42,267 nucleotides of DNA. Origin: an uncultured bacterium. GTDB taxonomy: Bacteria > Latescibacterota > MVCY01. The stretch covers positions 1 to 42,267 of the forward strand of contig CAZQSC010000002.1 in assembly GCA_964595705.1 (NCBI GenBank). The letters are read 5' to 3'. Numbering within the stretch: position 1 is the stretch's first letter; every line of letters starts with the position of its first letter. The notes below the pieces were generated by a model. The model searched no databases and was not told where the DNA came from. It saw only the letters and a list, made by a program, of their open reading frames with translations. A program made the position numbers and the translations under genes. Shown here one piece after another: positions 26,261 through 35,223 of the stretch.

Positions 26261-26515
26261 CTAACGATAGGCTTCTCTGCGATGTGCAATGGAAACTATC
26301 TCCACTTTCTTTTCCGATTCATCGATTGTGTAGAGAACTCGATAGCTACCTATTCTAATCCTATACCCTTCTCGTCCATGGAGTTTCTTTGCTCTGGGAG
26401 GTCGAGGATTATCCCTAAGAGAGAGCAATCGGTTTACTATTCTGTTGTAAACCTCCGTGGGTAAACGGTCCAATTCTTTTTCCGCTGACCGCTTTATATA
26501 AACCAGGTAAGGCAT
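26261..26515 (-). CDS. Type II toxin, RelE/ParE family
   Basis: 84 aa: MPYLVYIKRSAEKELDRLP...LRDNPRPPRAKKLHGREGYRIRIGSYRVLYTIDESEKKVEIVSIAHRREAY. This is the characteristic family pattern. The ATG shares one nucleotide with the antitoxin TGA (TGATG). Confidence 0.88.
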   Translation of the reverse strand: MPYLVYIKRSAEKELDRLPTEVYNRIVNRLLSLRDNPRPPRAKKLHGREGYRIRIGSYRVLYTIDESEKKVEIVSIAHRREAYR

Positions 26516-26724
26516 CAATTCTCTTTTTTCGCTCGTTCAGCAAGATAATCTTCTAATGGCCGCGAAGGCTCCTGCTTACGTTGCTCAAGGATAGCTATGT
26601 CTACCAAGTCTTCCATGAATTCTGTGTCTTTCAGCAATCTCTCAATAACAGACTGTCTTTCCTCTTTTTTTAGACCCTTAAAAGCCGTCCAGAATACCTC
26701 TGCTTTTGCTTCCTTCACCTTCAT
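26515..26724 (-). CDS. Cognate antitoxin (family not recognised)
   Basis: 69-aa charged protein with an AAGAGGAG RBS, translationally coupled to the RelE/ParE toxin gene. Confidence 0.7.
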   Translation of the reverse strand: MKVKEAKAEVFWTAFKGLKKEERQSVIERLLKDTEFMEDLVDIAILEQRKQEPSRPLEDYLAERAKKEN

Positions 26725-26948
26725 ATTCAGTCTCCTCTTTATGCGATCCTATTAATGGAATTAGCGTTATTCGTTAATAGCAGAGCTTACTATCAACAGA
26801 TCTTAACCTGGTACCTCTATTGTCACCGCCATCCATCCTACCGGTCACTTCCCCAATTCAGACTCTTTTGGCTTCCTAAAAAGCTTGACCTTTCAGGGTA
26901 AACAACCTATCTTGGATACCAGGGATATGGACAAAACTTATTTATATA

Positions 26949-26977
26949 AACATAACCAAATATACCTTATTTGTCAA
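26949..26977 (-). promoter_or_regulatory. Sigma70-like promoter candidate for the toxin-antitoxin operon
   Basis: The minus strand reads TTGACA (26977-26972), N17, TATGTT (26954-26949). The surrounding 16 nt, TATTTGTCAAGTAAAA, are identical to the HTH promoter region at 23066-23081. Confidence 0.45.
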
Positions 26978-27258
26978 GTAAAATCTTACCCCAAAGCTCA
27001 TTAGTCAATAAATCTATGGGATTTTTGACAATATTCTCAAAAACACAGGGTAAAAAATATTAGTCCAAACCTCGAACCGATTTGCTCCCTTAGCAAGGCC
27101 ATGTATCCCGCTGGCTGGGACTCCAAACAGGGATCGCTTTTTGCAAACAGGGGGTTCCGGTATTTGCTCCATGTACCCCGAGTGACCCAGCCTCAGATAA
27201 CCCCTCCAGCCCGGTACAAGAACCTTGACCTCAAATATCCCTGGTGAGAAGAGAGCAC

Positions 27259-27287
27259 TTGACTTTCAGACTGAAAAGCTTTATATT
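27259..27287 (+). promoter_or_regulatory. Outward-facing sigma70-like promoter near the right island end
   Basis: TTGACT (27259-27264), N17, TATATT (27282-27287) on the plus strand. It points through attR toward tilS, and no coding ORF lies between. Confidence 0.45.
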
Positions 27288-27449
27288 TAAGTGCGATTAT
27301 CTTGTGCCAAATTTGTGCCAACTACCCATCAAAATCGGCCAAAATTACCCAAAACTAATATAACCAATCGGACTCTTTTAGTCAAGAGAAAAATTGGCAC
27401 TTAATGGGTTTTCCCCTTGAGTGTGCGATGTTAGGGAATGTGGTCTAAT

Positions 27450-27498
27450 AGGAATCATAATCCTCGTGTCGGGGGTTCGAGTCCCTCCACCGCTACCA
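27450..27498 (+). repeat. attR core (orphan copy of the tRNA-CAT 3' half)
   Basis: Exact 49-bp copy of 21245-21293. No tRNA 5' half precedes it. Confidence 0.9.
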
Positions 27499-27554
27499 AA
27501 TCTCCGGATTATCTGCTAAAGGACAGATGATGTTGCCCTCGACCTTTCTAACCT

Positions 27555-29048
27555 ATGTGGAAAGGTCTTTTTGTTTCCAGGGGGAAGATGGACTTTGTCG
27601 ATGAGATTCTGCATTTCATTCTCCAGCAAAAGATGTTCGCTGCTGGAGACAGGGTGGTGGTAGCGGTCTCTGGCGGACCTGACTCTGTAGCCCTGCTCGA
27701 TGTGCTGTTCCAGCTTAAAGAACGGTTGGGGATAGAACTTCATGTGGCCCACTTAAACCACCGGCTCCGTGGGGCGCAGTCAGAGGCAGATGCCGAATTT
27801 GTGCGCCAGTTAGCCTCGAGGTTGGGCATTGCTGTCACTGTAGAGCAGCGAGATGTGCCAGAATTTATCCGCAAACAGAGACTTTCCCTGGAAGAAGGAG
27901 CCAGAGAGATTAGATACCAGTTCTTACAGGAAGTTGCCCAGAGGATAGGTGCAACCAAGATTGCCACTGCTCACAATTTAGACGATCAGGCTGAAACCGT
28001 CCTTTTTCGCCTGCTCCGAGGGGCAGGCAGAAGGGGACTGTCAGGCATCCCCCCAGTACGGGACAGGCATTTCGTCAGACCACTTCTGGGAACATCCCGC
28101 AAACAGATAGAAGAATACTTAGCTCAACGAGGTCTATCCTTTCGATGTGACTCTTCAAATGCCGACCTCTCTTACACCCGCAATAAGATCAGACACCAAC
28201 TTCTACCCCTTCTTAGAAAAAACTACAATCCAGATATCGTGACTACCCTGGCCCGAACCGCTGAGATACTCCGAGATGAGGACGACTTCTTAGAGGAGCA
28301 AACTGCCCAGAGTTTTTCTTTAATCGTTAAAGAGAAGACTAAGAGAAAAATAATACTTGATATTAACAGGTTTTTAGATTATCATATATGTTTGAGACGC
28401 AGGGTGCTCAGGAATATTCTCAAAGAACTTCTGGGCAGGGAAGATTATCCTGAATTCAGTCAAGTAGAGGAACTTATCCAACTGGCCGGTTCAGAGTCTG
28501 GGTGGATTCAAATTGCCCCAGAGCTCAGGGCGCAACGATCCGGCAATTTGTTGATTATAAAAAAGGGGAGGGTTCCGCCTTTTCAAAAAAAAGTGGGGAT
28601 ACCAGCAGAGGTGAAGATTCCGGAGTTGGGCGCCCAGATATCCACACAGGTGCTCACAGCAGAGCAGTTCGGAGAGAAACCTTGGTCCCGTAAGATAATC
28701 ATCCAACGGGGCTGGCAGGTGGGATCTCAAACAGCCTTTTTCGACCTGGACTCCATCTGCGGTGGGCTTCAGCTCCGCAGCCGCCGTCCAGGAGATAGCT
28801 TCCAACCCCTGGGTCTTAACGGCCACAAAAAGGTGAAAGACCTGCTTACTGACCGCAAGGTGCCCAGAATCCTGCGAGATGAGATCCCAATTCTAACCGA
28901 CCAGAATAAGATCGTGTGGGTAGTGGGGATAGAGGTTAACGCTCTCTGCAAGCTCACTCCCAGGACTCAACGAATTTTGAAAGTACAGTTTCAACCAGCC
29001 GAAACGAATTCTGCTACCGAGGTGATAAAAGATGGCAACCAGAAGTGA
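27555..29048 (+). CDS. tilS: tRNA(Ile)-lysidine synthetase
   Basis: The PP-loop is [13 protein letters not shown] and the C-terminal TilS domain is [14 protein letters not shown]...[13 protein letters not shown]...IVWVVG. The alternative start ATG 27588 (MDFVDEIL...) gives a more typical N-terminal length. Confidence 0.9.
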   Translation: MWKGLFVSRGKMDFVDEILHFILQQKMFAAGDRVVVAVSGGPDSVALLDVLFQLKERLGIELHVAHLNHRLRGAQSEADAEFVRQLASRLGIAVTVEQRDVPEFIRKQRLSLEEGAREIRYQFLQEVAQRIGATKIATAHNLDDQAETVLFRLLRGAGRRGLSGIPPVRDRHFVRPLLGTSRKQIEEYLAQRGLSFRCDSSNADLSYTRNKIRHQLLPLLRKNYNPDIVTTLARTAEILRDEDDFLEEQTAQSFSLIVKEKTKRKIILDINRFLDYHICLRRRVLRNILKELLGREDYPEFSQVEELIQLAGSESGWIQIAPELRAQRSGNLLIIKKGRVPPFQKKVGIPAEVKIPELGAQISTQVLTAEQFGEKPWSRKIIIQRGWQVGSQTAFFDLDSICGGLQLRSRRPGDSFQPLGLNGHKKVKDLLTDRKVPRILRDEIPILTDQNKIVWVVGIEVNALCKLTPRTQRILKVQFQPAETNSATEVIKDGNQK

Positions 29049-30963
29049 CAACGGGGGGAAAAGAAGGCGAAAACCCACTCCTCCCAGACTTCCGGTGGAG
29101 AAGGCGGGGGGCAAAAAGCTTAAAACCCTGCTCATCTGGCTTTTTCTGCTCCTCATCTCCCTTACAGTTGCCCGCTATCTGGGCAACTTCTCTGCTAAGG
29201 AGACAGAGATCACTTACACCGAGTACCTCCAGTTTTTAAAGGATGAGAAGATTAAGGAAGCCACTATAATCGACACCGATTTCCATGGTGTGTTGGTCGA
29301 TGGGAGCAGAATTGTGGTCAATCTTGGCTCTGTAGATACAGAGACTAAAAAGCAATGGGAGAAATACGGGGTCACATTCAAGTTCAAAAAGAGGGCAGGA
29401 TGGACAGGTTTCTTAGTGGGCTGGCTGCCTTTTATTCTCTTTTTCGGTATCTGGCTTCTTCTGATTCGGCAGATGCAAGCCGGACCCAGGGGGGTGTTCT
29501 CCTTTGGAAAAAGCAGAGCTAAGGTGCTCACCCAGGATCGGCCGAAGGTCACTTTCAATGATGTGGCCGGGGTGGACGAGGCTAAGGAAGAGTTGCAAGA
29601 GGTAATTGAATTCCTTAAAGATCCTGGCAAGTTCCAGAAACTGGGGGGCAAAATCCCCAAGGGTGTTCTGCTGTTGGGGCCGCCGGGGACAGGCAAGACG
29701 CTTCTGGCTCGAGCAGTGGCCGGGGAGGCCAATGTCCCCTTCCTCAGCATAAGCGGCTCCGATTTTGTGGAGATGTTTGTGGGAGTGGGTGCCTCCAGGG
29801 TCAGAGACCTGTTTATCCAGGGCAAGAACAATGCCCCCTGTATCATATTTATCGACGAGATCGATGCCGTGGGCAGATACCGAGGGGCAGGCATCGGCGG
29901 TGGCCACGACGAGAGAGAACAGACCCTAAATCAGCTCTTAGTGGAGATGGACGGATTCGAGTCCAATGAAGGGGTGATCATACTGGCCGCCACTAACCGA
30001 CCGGATGTGCTGGACCCAGCTCTGCTGCGTCCCGGTAGATTCGACCGCCAGATTGTCTTAGACCGCCCTGATCTCAGAGGCAGAGAAGAGATTCTTAAAG
30101 TCCATACCCGGAATATCCCCCTGGCTAAAGATGTGCGGCTGGATGTGCTGGCTAAAGGGACTCCCGGGCTGGCAGGGGCAGACCTGGCCAATATCGTCAA
30201 CGAGGCTGCCCTGCTGGCTTCCCGCCGAAATCATAGGAAGGTGACTATGGCCGATTTAGAAGAGGCAAAGGACAAGGTGATGATGGGAGCAGAGAGAAAA
30301 AGCTTAGTTATATCTGAGGATGAGAAAAGACATCTGGCCTATCACGAGGCTGGACACGTCCTGATGTCAAAGCTCATCCCTGGCTCAGATACAGTCCACA
30401 AGGTGACCATCATCCCCAGAGGCAGGGCGCTGGGACTCACCTATTATCTGCCCTTAGACGAAAAACACACACACTCTAAAACCTACTGCCTAGGAGTGCT
30501 CACCCATCTTCTGGGAGGAAGGGCTGCTGAGAAATTGGTCTTCGACGAGCTTACCACCGGTGCGGGCAACGACATCGAACAGGCAACCCAACTGGCGCGA
30601 AAGATGGTCTGCGAATGGGGCATGAGCGATAAGCTGGGACCCATCACCTTCGGTAAGAAGGAAGAAGAAATATTCCTCGGCCGGGAGATCGCCAGACACA
30701 GAGACTACAGCGAACAGACGGCAGTGGCCATCGACCAGGAGGTGCGCAACTTTGTGGAGGGTGCAGAAAAGAAAGCTACAGAGCTGCTGCAGAAAAACAT
30801 AGACAAACTCCACACCCTGGCTGAGGCATTATTAGAATATGAGGTCTTAGACGGCTCTCAAATCGATAAGCTACTGGCTGGAGAGAAATTGAGAAAACCA
30901 GCCCCAAAAAGGAAGCCTGCCAAAGCAAAGAGAACTTCATCCGCAAAAGAAGGTCGGACATAA
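29032..30963 (+). CDS. ftsH: ATP-dependent zinc metalloprotease FtsH
   Basis: 643 aa with two N-terminal TM segments, the Walker A motif [18 protein letters not shown], the SRH region and the zinc motif HEAGH. Confidence 0.96.
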   Translation: MATRSDNGGKRRRKPTPPRLPVEKAGGKKLKTLLIWLFLLLISLTVARYLGNFSAKETEITYTEYLQFLKDEKIKEATIIDTDFHGVLVDGSRIVVNLGSVDTETKKQWEKYGVTFKFKKRAGWTGFLVGWLPFILFFGIWLLLIRQMQAGPRGVFSFGKSRAKVLTQDRPKVTFNDVAGVDEAKEELQEVIEFLKDPGKFQKLGGKIPKGVLLLGPPGTGKTLLARAVAGEANVPFLSISGSDFVEMFVGVGASRVRDLFIQGKNNAPCIIFIDEIDAVGRYRGAGIGGGHDEREQTLNQLLVEMDGFESNEGVIILAATNRPDVLDPALLRPGRFDRQIVLDRPDLRGREEILKVHTRNIPLAKDVRLDVLAKGTPGLAGADLANIVNEAALLASRRNHRKVTMADLEEAKDKVMMGAERKSLVISEDEKRHLAYHEAGHVLMSKLIPGSDTVHKVTIIPRGRALGLTYYLPLDEKHTHSKTYCLGVLTHLLGGRAAEKLVFDELTTGAGNDIEQATQLARKMVCEWGMSDKLGPITFGKKEEEIFLGREIARHRDYSEQTAVAIDQEVRNFVEGAEKKATELLQKNIDKLHTLAEALLEYEVLDGSQIDKLLAGEKLRKPAPKRKPAKAKRTSSAKEGRT

Positions 30964-31530
30964 ATGGACAAGAAGAAAATTGAACTGGGAGTTAAGATAA
31001 TCTTAGAAGGCATCGGGGAAGACCCCGATCGGGAGGGACTGAGAGAGACTCCCCGCCGGGTGGCAGATATGTACGAAGAGATCTTCGAAGGGCTTTCTCA
31101 ATTGCCCCAACAGAAGGTAAAGACTTATACCGCAGAGAATCAGGACGAGATGATCATGGTGAAAGACATCTCCTTCTACTCTATATGTGAGCACCACCTG
31201 CTGCCTTTCTTTGGAAAAGTACACATTGCTTATATTCCTGATAACAACCGGATTACTGGCTTCAGCAGTCTGGTGAAGATTGTAGAGGCATTCGCTAAAC
31301 GGCCCCAACTCCAAGAACGGATGACCACCGAAATCGCCGATTATCTGCGAGGGCTACTTCAGCCAAAGGGAGTTCTGGTAGTTATAGAAGCCGAGCATAT
31401 GTGTATGACAATGCGCGGGGTTAAAAAACCCGGCTCGCTTACCCTAACCTCAGCTATGCGGGGGATCATGCGACAGGAGGCAACCAGAATGGAAGCCTTC
31501 TCAATGATCAGAAATCACCAAAGATCTTAG
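30964..31530 (+). CDS. folE: GTP cyclohydrolase I
   Basis: 188 aa with the ETPRRVA and CEHHLLPF motifs. The ATG immediately follows the ftsH stop. Confidence 0.95.
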   Translation: MDKKKIELGVKIILEGIGEDPDREGLRETPRRVADMYEEIFEGLSQLPQQKVKTYTAENQDEMIMVKDISFYSICEHHLLPFFGKVHIAYIPDNNRITGFSSLVKIVEAFAKRPQLQERMTTEIADYLRGLLQPKGVLVVIEAEHMCMTMRGVKKPGSLTLTSAMRGIMRQEATRMEAFSMIRNHQRS

Positions 31531-31808
31531 TTGAATGGTCTTTACATTGTTTTGTCAGGTTGATGTTGGTGAATTCCCCTGCTCCAGTCAAGTGGCTGAA
31601 GAATATCAAATTACAAAGCTTAAAGTGCCAAATGTTTCCCAGAGATCGTATGTCTCTCTTAGCAAGTTGGGAGTTCCTATAGGGCATATTCCCCTTTGGC
31701 ATTTGGATTTTGACATTTGGCTTATTGGGGAACATGTGGTGTTTCCTAGACTTGGGATCTAGAAAACTCTTCACAGGAGCTGGGTAAAAACCAACAGATA
31801 CTCAGGAT

Positions 31809-33050
31809 ATGTTTAGGGTGAGAACGCTTGTTATTGAGGGCAAGGATGCAGTCGAACAGGCGATGAGGCGGATTGGCGTCGACCAGGGCGGCATCCGCCT
31901 GATGGCGGATAAAGCACTCTCTGAGGTGATTGAAATTCAAAGAGTAAGCTCTCCTGCCGCCAATATTCTAAAGCAGGAGATGCTCTCTCTGGGTGGAGAT
32001 GCCGCCGTGGCCCGGGAAGTGGTTACCTGCCAGGTTGACAAATCCTCAGTGCTTCTGCTGGGTAACAGAAAACAGCTGAAGGCGCTGGTCCAGAAGATAT
32101 CGAACGGCCCCTTTGGTCTGGGAGAAATCGCTGTCGGCTTAAAGGAACATATAGCCAGAGAAGACCAGCCGTCCTATCTTCAAATGAACTTCAGAGGTAG
32201 AACCCTACAACTGGGAGCCAGGACGCACATCATGGGGGTGCTGAATGTAACCCCAGACTCTTTCTCCGACGGCGGGAAGTTCCTCCAAAGGGAAAAGGCT
32301 GTAGAGCAGGCGGAGAGGATGGTTGCCCAGGGGGCAGATATAATTGACATCGGAGGGGAATCCTCCCGTCCGGGGGCAGAACCTGTCTCCACCCAACAGG
32401 AAATAGAACGGATAATCCCGGTGATCGAAGAGCTAGCCCCCAGATTGTCTGTCCCTATCTCAGTGGATACCTACAAGGCCGAGGTGGCCAGCAGGGCCTT
32501 GGAGGCAGGGGCCAGTGCAATCAATGACATCAGTGCCCTTCGATTCGACCCTCAGATGGCGGAGGTGGCGGCCCAGTACGATGTGCCTTTAGTGCTGATG
32601 CATATGTTGGGCAACCCCAGGACAATGCAAGATAACCCCTCTTACACGGATTTAATGGGAGAGATATACACATTTCTCAGCGACAGAATTGAAACGGCTG
32701 TAGCTGCTGGGATCGAACGCAACAAGATAATCATCGATCCGGGAATAGGGTTCGGCAAAACTGTGGAGCATAACTTGGAGATCATCAGAAGGCTGAGGGA
32801 ACTTCGCTCCTTAGGCCGTCCCATCCTCATCGGCCCTTCCCGGAAGAGTTTTATCGGCCAGGTTCTCGGCCTGCCGGTAGAGGAGAGGCTGGAGGGGACG
32901 GCAGCAGCAGTTGCCATAGGGATTGTAAACGGAGCTAATATCGTCCGGGTTCACGACGTAGGGCAGATGATGAGGGTGGCCCGGATGGCAGACTCACTTA
33001 AACCAAATGGAGCTTTTCAGGATAGGATTCCTGCCCCTCAGGGCGGTTGA
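31809..33050 (+). CDS. folP: Dihydropteroate synthase with an N-terminal extension of ~135 aa
   Basis: The pterin-binding core starts at IMGVLNVTPDSFSDGG, followed by DIGGESSRPG, SVDT and GxSRKSFIG. The 413-aa length exceeds the usual ~280 aa. Confidence 0.9.
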   Translation: MFRVRTLVIEGKDAVEQAMRRIGVDQGGIRLMADKALSEVIEIQRVSSPAANILKQEMLSLGGDAAVAREVVTCQVDKSSVLLLGNRKQLKALVQKISNGPFGLGEIAVGLKEHIAREDQPSYLQMNFRGRTLQLGARTHIMGVLNVTPDSFSDGGKFLQREKAVEQAERMVAQGADIIDIGGESSRPGAEPVSTQQEIERIIPVIEELAPRLSVPISVDTYKAEVASRALEAGASAINDISALRFDPQMAEVAAQYDVPLVLMHMLGNPRTMQDNPSYTDLMGEIYTFLSDRIETAVAAGIERNKIIIDPGIGFGKTVEHNLEIIRRLRELRSLGRPILIGPSRKSFIGQVLGLPVEERLEGTAAAVAIGIVNGANIVRVHDVGQMMRVARMADSLKPNGAFQDRIPAPQGG

Positions 33051-33771
33051 CATCTTAGACATCGGGGTGGTCACCTATGTTTTCTATCAGCTATTCAGGC
33101 TGATGAGGGGCACCCGCGGTGCCACCATGCTGGTGGGGCTGCTCATTATAATTCTTATATCCATCATCGCCCCCTGGTTGGGAATGAGCGGACTCTCGCT
33201 GTTGATTGCTCAAGTGCAGACAGTGTGGGTGATTGTCTTCGTAATCTTATTCCAACCAGAACTGCGGCGTATACTCATTCACATTGGCCAAAGCAGGGTG
33301 GTCCGTCTCTTCTACAAGGGCGGGGAACTCCCGATATTAAACGAGATAGTAGACGCGGTTAAAACCCTATCTGAGAGAGGTTATGGGGCTCTGATCGTGC
33401 TGGTCAGAGAGGTGGGGGTTGGTGCCATCATCGAAACAGGAGTGAAAATCAACGCCCGGGTCTCATCGGCCCTGCTTGCATCCATCTTCACTCCCAGGAC
33501 CCCCCTCCATGATGGCGCAGTTGTGATACAGGAGGGGATGATAGCCGCTGCTAAATGCCTGTTGCCCATCTCAGAGAACCCCGCTATCAACCCCTCGATG
33601 GGGATGAGGCATCGAGCAGCCATAGGACTCTCAGAAGAGTCAGATGCAGTGATTGTGGTAGTCTCAGAGGAGACCAGCGCTGTCTCTATAGCTGTCGGCG
33701 GCAAATTAGAAAAGATCAACAGCCCAGAAGAGCTAAGGAACAGGCTTACCAAACTTCTTACTGAGGCATAG
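33007..33771 (+). CDS. cdaA: Diadenylate cyclase CdaA/DacA (c-di-AMP synthase)
   Basis: 254 aa with three N-terminal TM helices. The DAC-domain motifs are GALIVL, HDGAVVI and RHRAAIGLSEESDAVIVVVSEETSAVS. It overlaps the folP 3' end by 44 nt. Confidence 0.9.
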   Translation: MELFRIGFLPLRAVDILDIGVVTYVFYQLFRLMRGTRGATMLVGLLIIILISIIAPWLGMSGLSLLIAQVQTVWVIVFVILFQPELRRILIHIGQSRVVRLFYKGGELPILNEIVDAVKTLSERGYGALIVLVREVGVGAIIETGVKINARVSSALLASIFTPRTPLHDGAVVIQEGMIAAAKCLLPISENPAINPSMGMRHRAAIGLSEESDAVIVVVSEETSAVSIAVGGKLEKINSPEELRNRLTKLLTEA

Positions 33772-33840
33772 AAGTCACTGAATGTCTTGGTGGGGCAGTT
33801 GTCATATTTCCCCTGTTAATTTTGGTAATAGGTGAAGAGT

Positions 33841-34032
33841 GATCCGTTCGTAAAAAGTTGCATTTCCCCTCCCCTGGGGGAGGGGATTCACCCTGTTAGA
33901 TAGAGGACCTTATCTAACAGGGTAAAGGGGAGGGGGAAGAAAAACTCCTTGAAATATCAAGACTTTCACCCTCACCCCGACCCTCTCCCTTAAAGGGAGA
34001 GGGAGGATTTTGGACTTTTTTGCGAACGGATC
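33841..34032. repeat. MITE-like element, copy 1 (192 bp)
   Basis: The terminal inverted repeats are GATCCGTTCGTAAAAAGT and ACTTTTTTGCGAACGGATC. An exact 6-bp direct duplication AAGAGT flanks it (33835-33840 and 34033-34038). Internal GC hairpins include CCCCTCCCC-TG-GGGGAGGGG, CTGTTAGATA...TATCTAACAG and CCCTCTCCCTT-AA-AGGGAGAGGG. Confidence 0.75.
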
Positions 34033-34075
34033 AAGAGTAAAACGTGAAATACCCGGCGACAAGGAGATTCAACGA

Positions 34076-34966
34076 ATGAATTGGAGACAGGTGCTCGACC
34101 GCTGGGGCATTCTACTTGCCGACGGTGCCTGGGGCACTGAGATTGAGAAAAGAGGCCTGGCAGTGGGAGAGTGCCCGGAAAGATGGAATTTAGAGCATCC
34201 AGACCAGATTAAACAGATCGCCTCTTCTTACTTAGAGGCTGGAGCCCAGATCGTGCTGACCAATACCTTTGGAGCTAACCGCCTCAAGCTGAGGAAATTT
34301 GGCTTAGCCGATCAAGTAGAAGAGATAAACCGGGTGGGCGTGGAGCTTTCCCGAGAGGCGGTGAATGGAGCCGCCCTGGTGTTTGCCTCGATAGGGCCCA
34401 CCGGGGAGTTTATGAAACCTCTGGGAACAGTGACGGAGGCCGAAATGATCGAGGCCTTCGCCCAACAGGTTCGGGCCTTTGTTGCCGCGGGTGCCGATGG
34501 AGTAGTGGTGGAGACAATGATGGATTTAGCCGAGGCCCGCTCTGCCTTGCGGGCTGTGCGAGACTCTTCTGATCTACCGGCAGCAGTCTGTATGAGCTTC
34601 AGCAGGGGACCGGCAGGCTATGCTACGATAATGGGCATCACCCCCCAGCAGGCAGCCACCGAATTAGAAAAGGCAGGGGCAGATTTAGTGGGCGCCAACT
34701 GTGGCACAGGTATTGAGGATATGATAGAAGTGATCCGACTGATGAGACCGGTGATAACAAAACCCCTTTGGGCAAAACCCAATGCCGGAGTCCCTGAACT
34801 GGTGGACGGAAAGACCGTCTTCCGGCAAACCCCCGAGGAGATGGCAAATCATCTTCCCGCCCTGACGGAAGCTGGGGCCAGGGTTGTGGGAGGTTGCTGT
34901 GGCACCAGCCCGGAGCACATCCGGGTTATGGCCCAGAAGCTGAAGACGCTGCTGGATAAAAATTGA
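34076..34966 (+). CDS. Homocysteine S-methyltransferase family protein (stand-alone MetH-like Hcy-binding domain)
   Basis: 296 aa from the ATG at 34076, with AAGGAG 9 nt upstream. The motifs are LLADGAWGT, LTNTFGAN, GANCG and GGCCGTSPEHI (the zinc-binding Cys set). Confidence 0.85.
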   Translation: MNWRQVLDRWGILLADGAWGTEIEKRGLAVGECPERWNLEHPDQIKQIASSYLEAGAQIVLTNTFGANRLKLRKFGLADQVEEINRVGVELSREAVNGAALVFASIGPTGEFMKPLGTVTEAEMIEAFAQQVRAFVAAGADGVVVETMMDLAEARSALRAVRDSSDLPAAVCMSFSRGPAGYATIMGITPQQAATELEKAGADLVGANCGTGIEDMIEVIRLMRPVITKPLWAKPNAGVPELVDGKTVFRQTPEEMANHLPALTEAGARVVGGCCGTSPEHIRVMAQKLKTLLDKN

Positions 34967-35028
34967 AGTCCAATGCAAAGACGCAGTAGCTCAGCTTGCT
35001 ATTAGTTGTGAATGACCAAAACAGAACT

Positions 35029-35159
35029 GATCCGTTGGTAAAAAGTCGTATTTCCCCTCCCCTGTAGGGAGGGGAAGAAAGAAATGCTTGAAATATCAAA
35101 ACTTCTGCCCTCTTCCTCCAAGGGAAAGGGAGTATGTTGGGACTTTTTACGAATGGATC
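35029..35159. repeat. MITE-like element, copy 2 (131 bp)
   Basis: It has the same termini (GATCCGTTGGTAAAAAGTC and GACTTTTTACGAATGGATC) and the same internal blocks (TTTCCCCTCCCCTG, CTTGAAATATCAA) as copy 1, in the same orientation, but lacks ~60 bp found in copy 1. The flanks are AGAACT and ATAACT (5 of 6 match). Confidence 0.7.
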
Positions 35160-35223
35160 ATAACTGAGGTTGAAAGGGCTTAACAGGATATGGTTGATGG
35201 AACCATATACAGGAAAGTTCTGG

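Larger units (their letters stand above)
21245..27498. mobile_element. About 6.2-kb integrated genomic island or cryptic integrative element inserted in the 3' half of tRNA-CAT
   Basis: It is bounded by an exact 49-bp direct repeat (21245-21293 = 27450-27498). A tyrosine integrase gene ends 8 nt from the tRNA. All island genes are on the minus strand. The interior is visibly AT-rich. Core genes lie on both sides (argG to the left, tilS to the right). Confidence 0.85.

Noticed and set aside
26999-27172. 57-aa minus-strand ORF in the island right arm
   Set aside because: It is below the track threshold and has no RBS or recognisable features. The region is treated as non-coding pending evidence.
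31508-31774. 88-aa minus-strand and 75-aa plus-strand ORFs in the folE-folP gap
   Set aside because: They translate the CCAAAT/TTTGG repeat region (giving KIQMPKG-type peptides). This is typical spurious ORF content in intergenic repeats.
31531-31808. Riboswitch upstream of folP (THF), and likewise upstream of the homocysteine methyltransferase (SAM or B12)
   Set aside because: I could not recognise conserved riboswitch cores by eye. The folP leader is dominated by the CCAAAT-type repeats and the methyltransferase leader by the MITE. A covariance-model scan would be needed.
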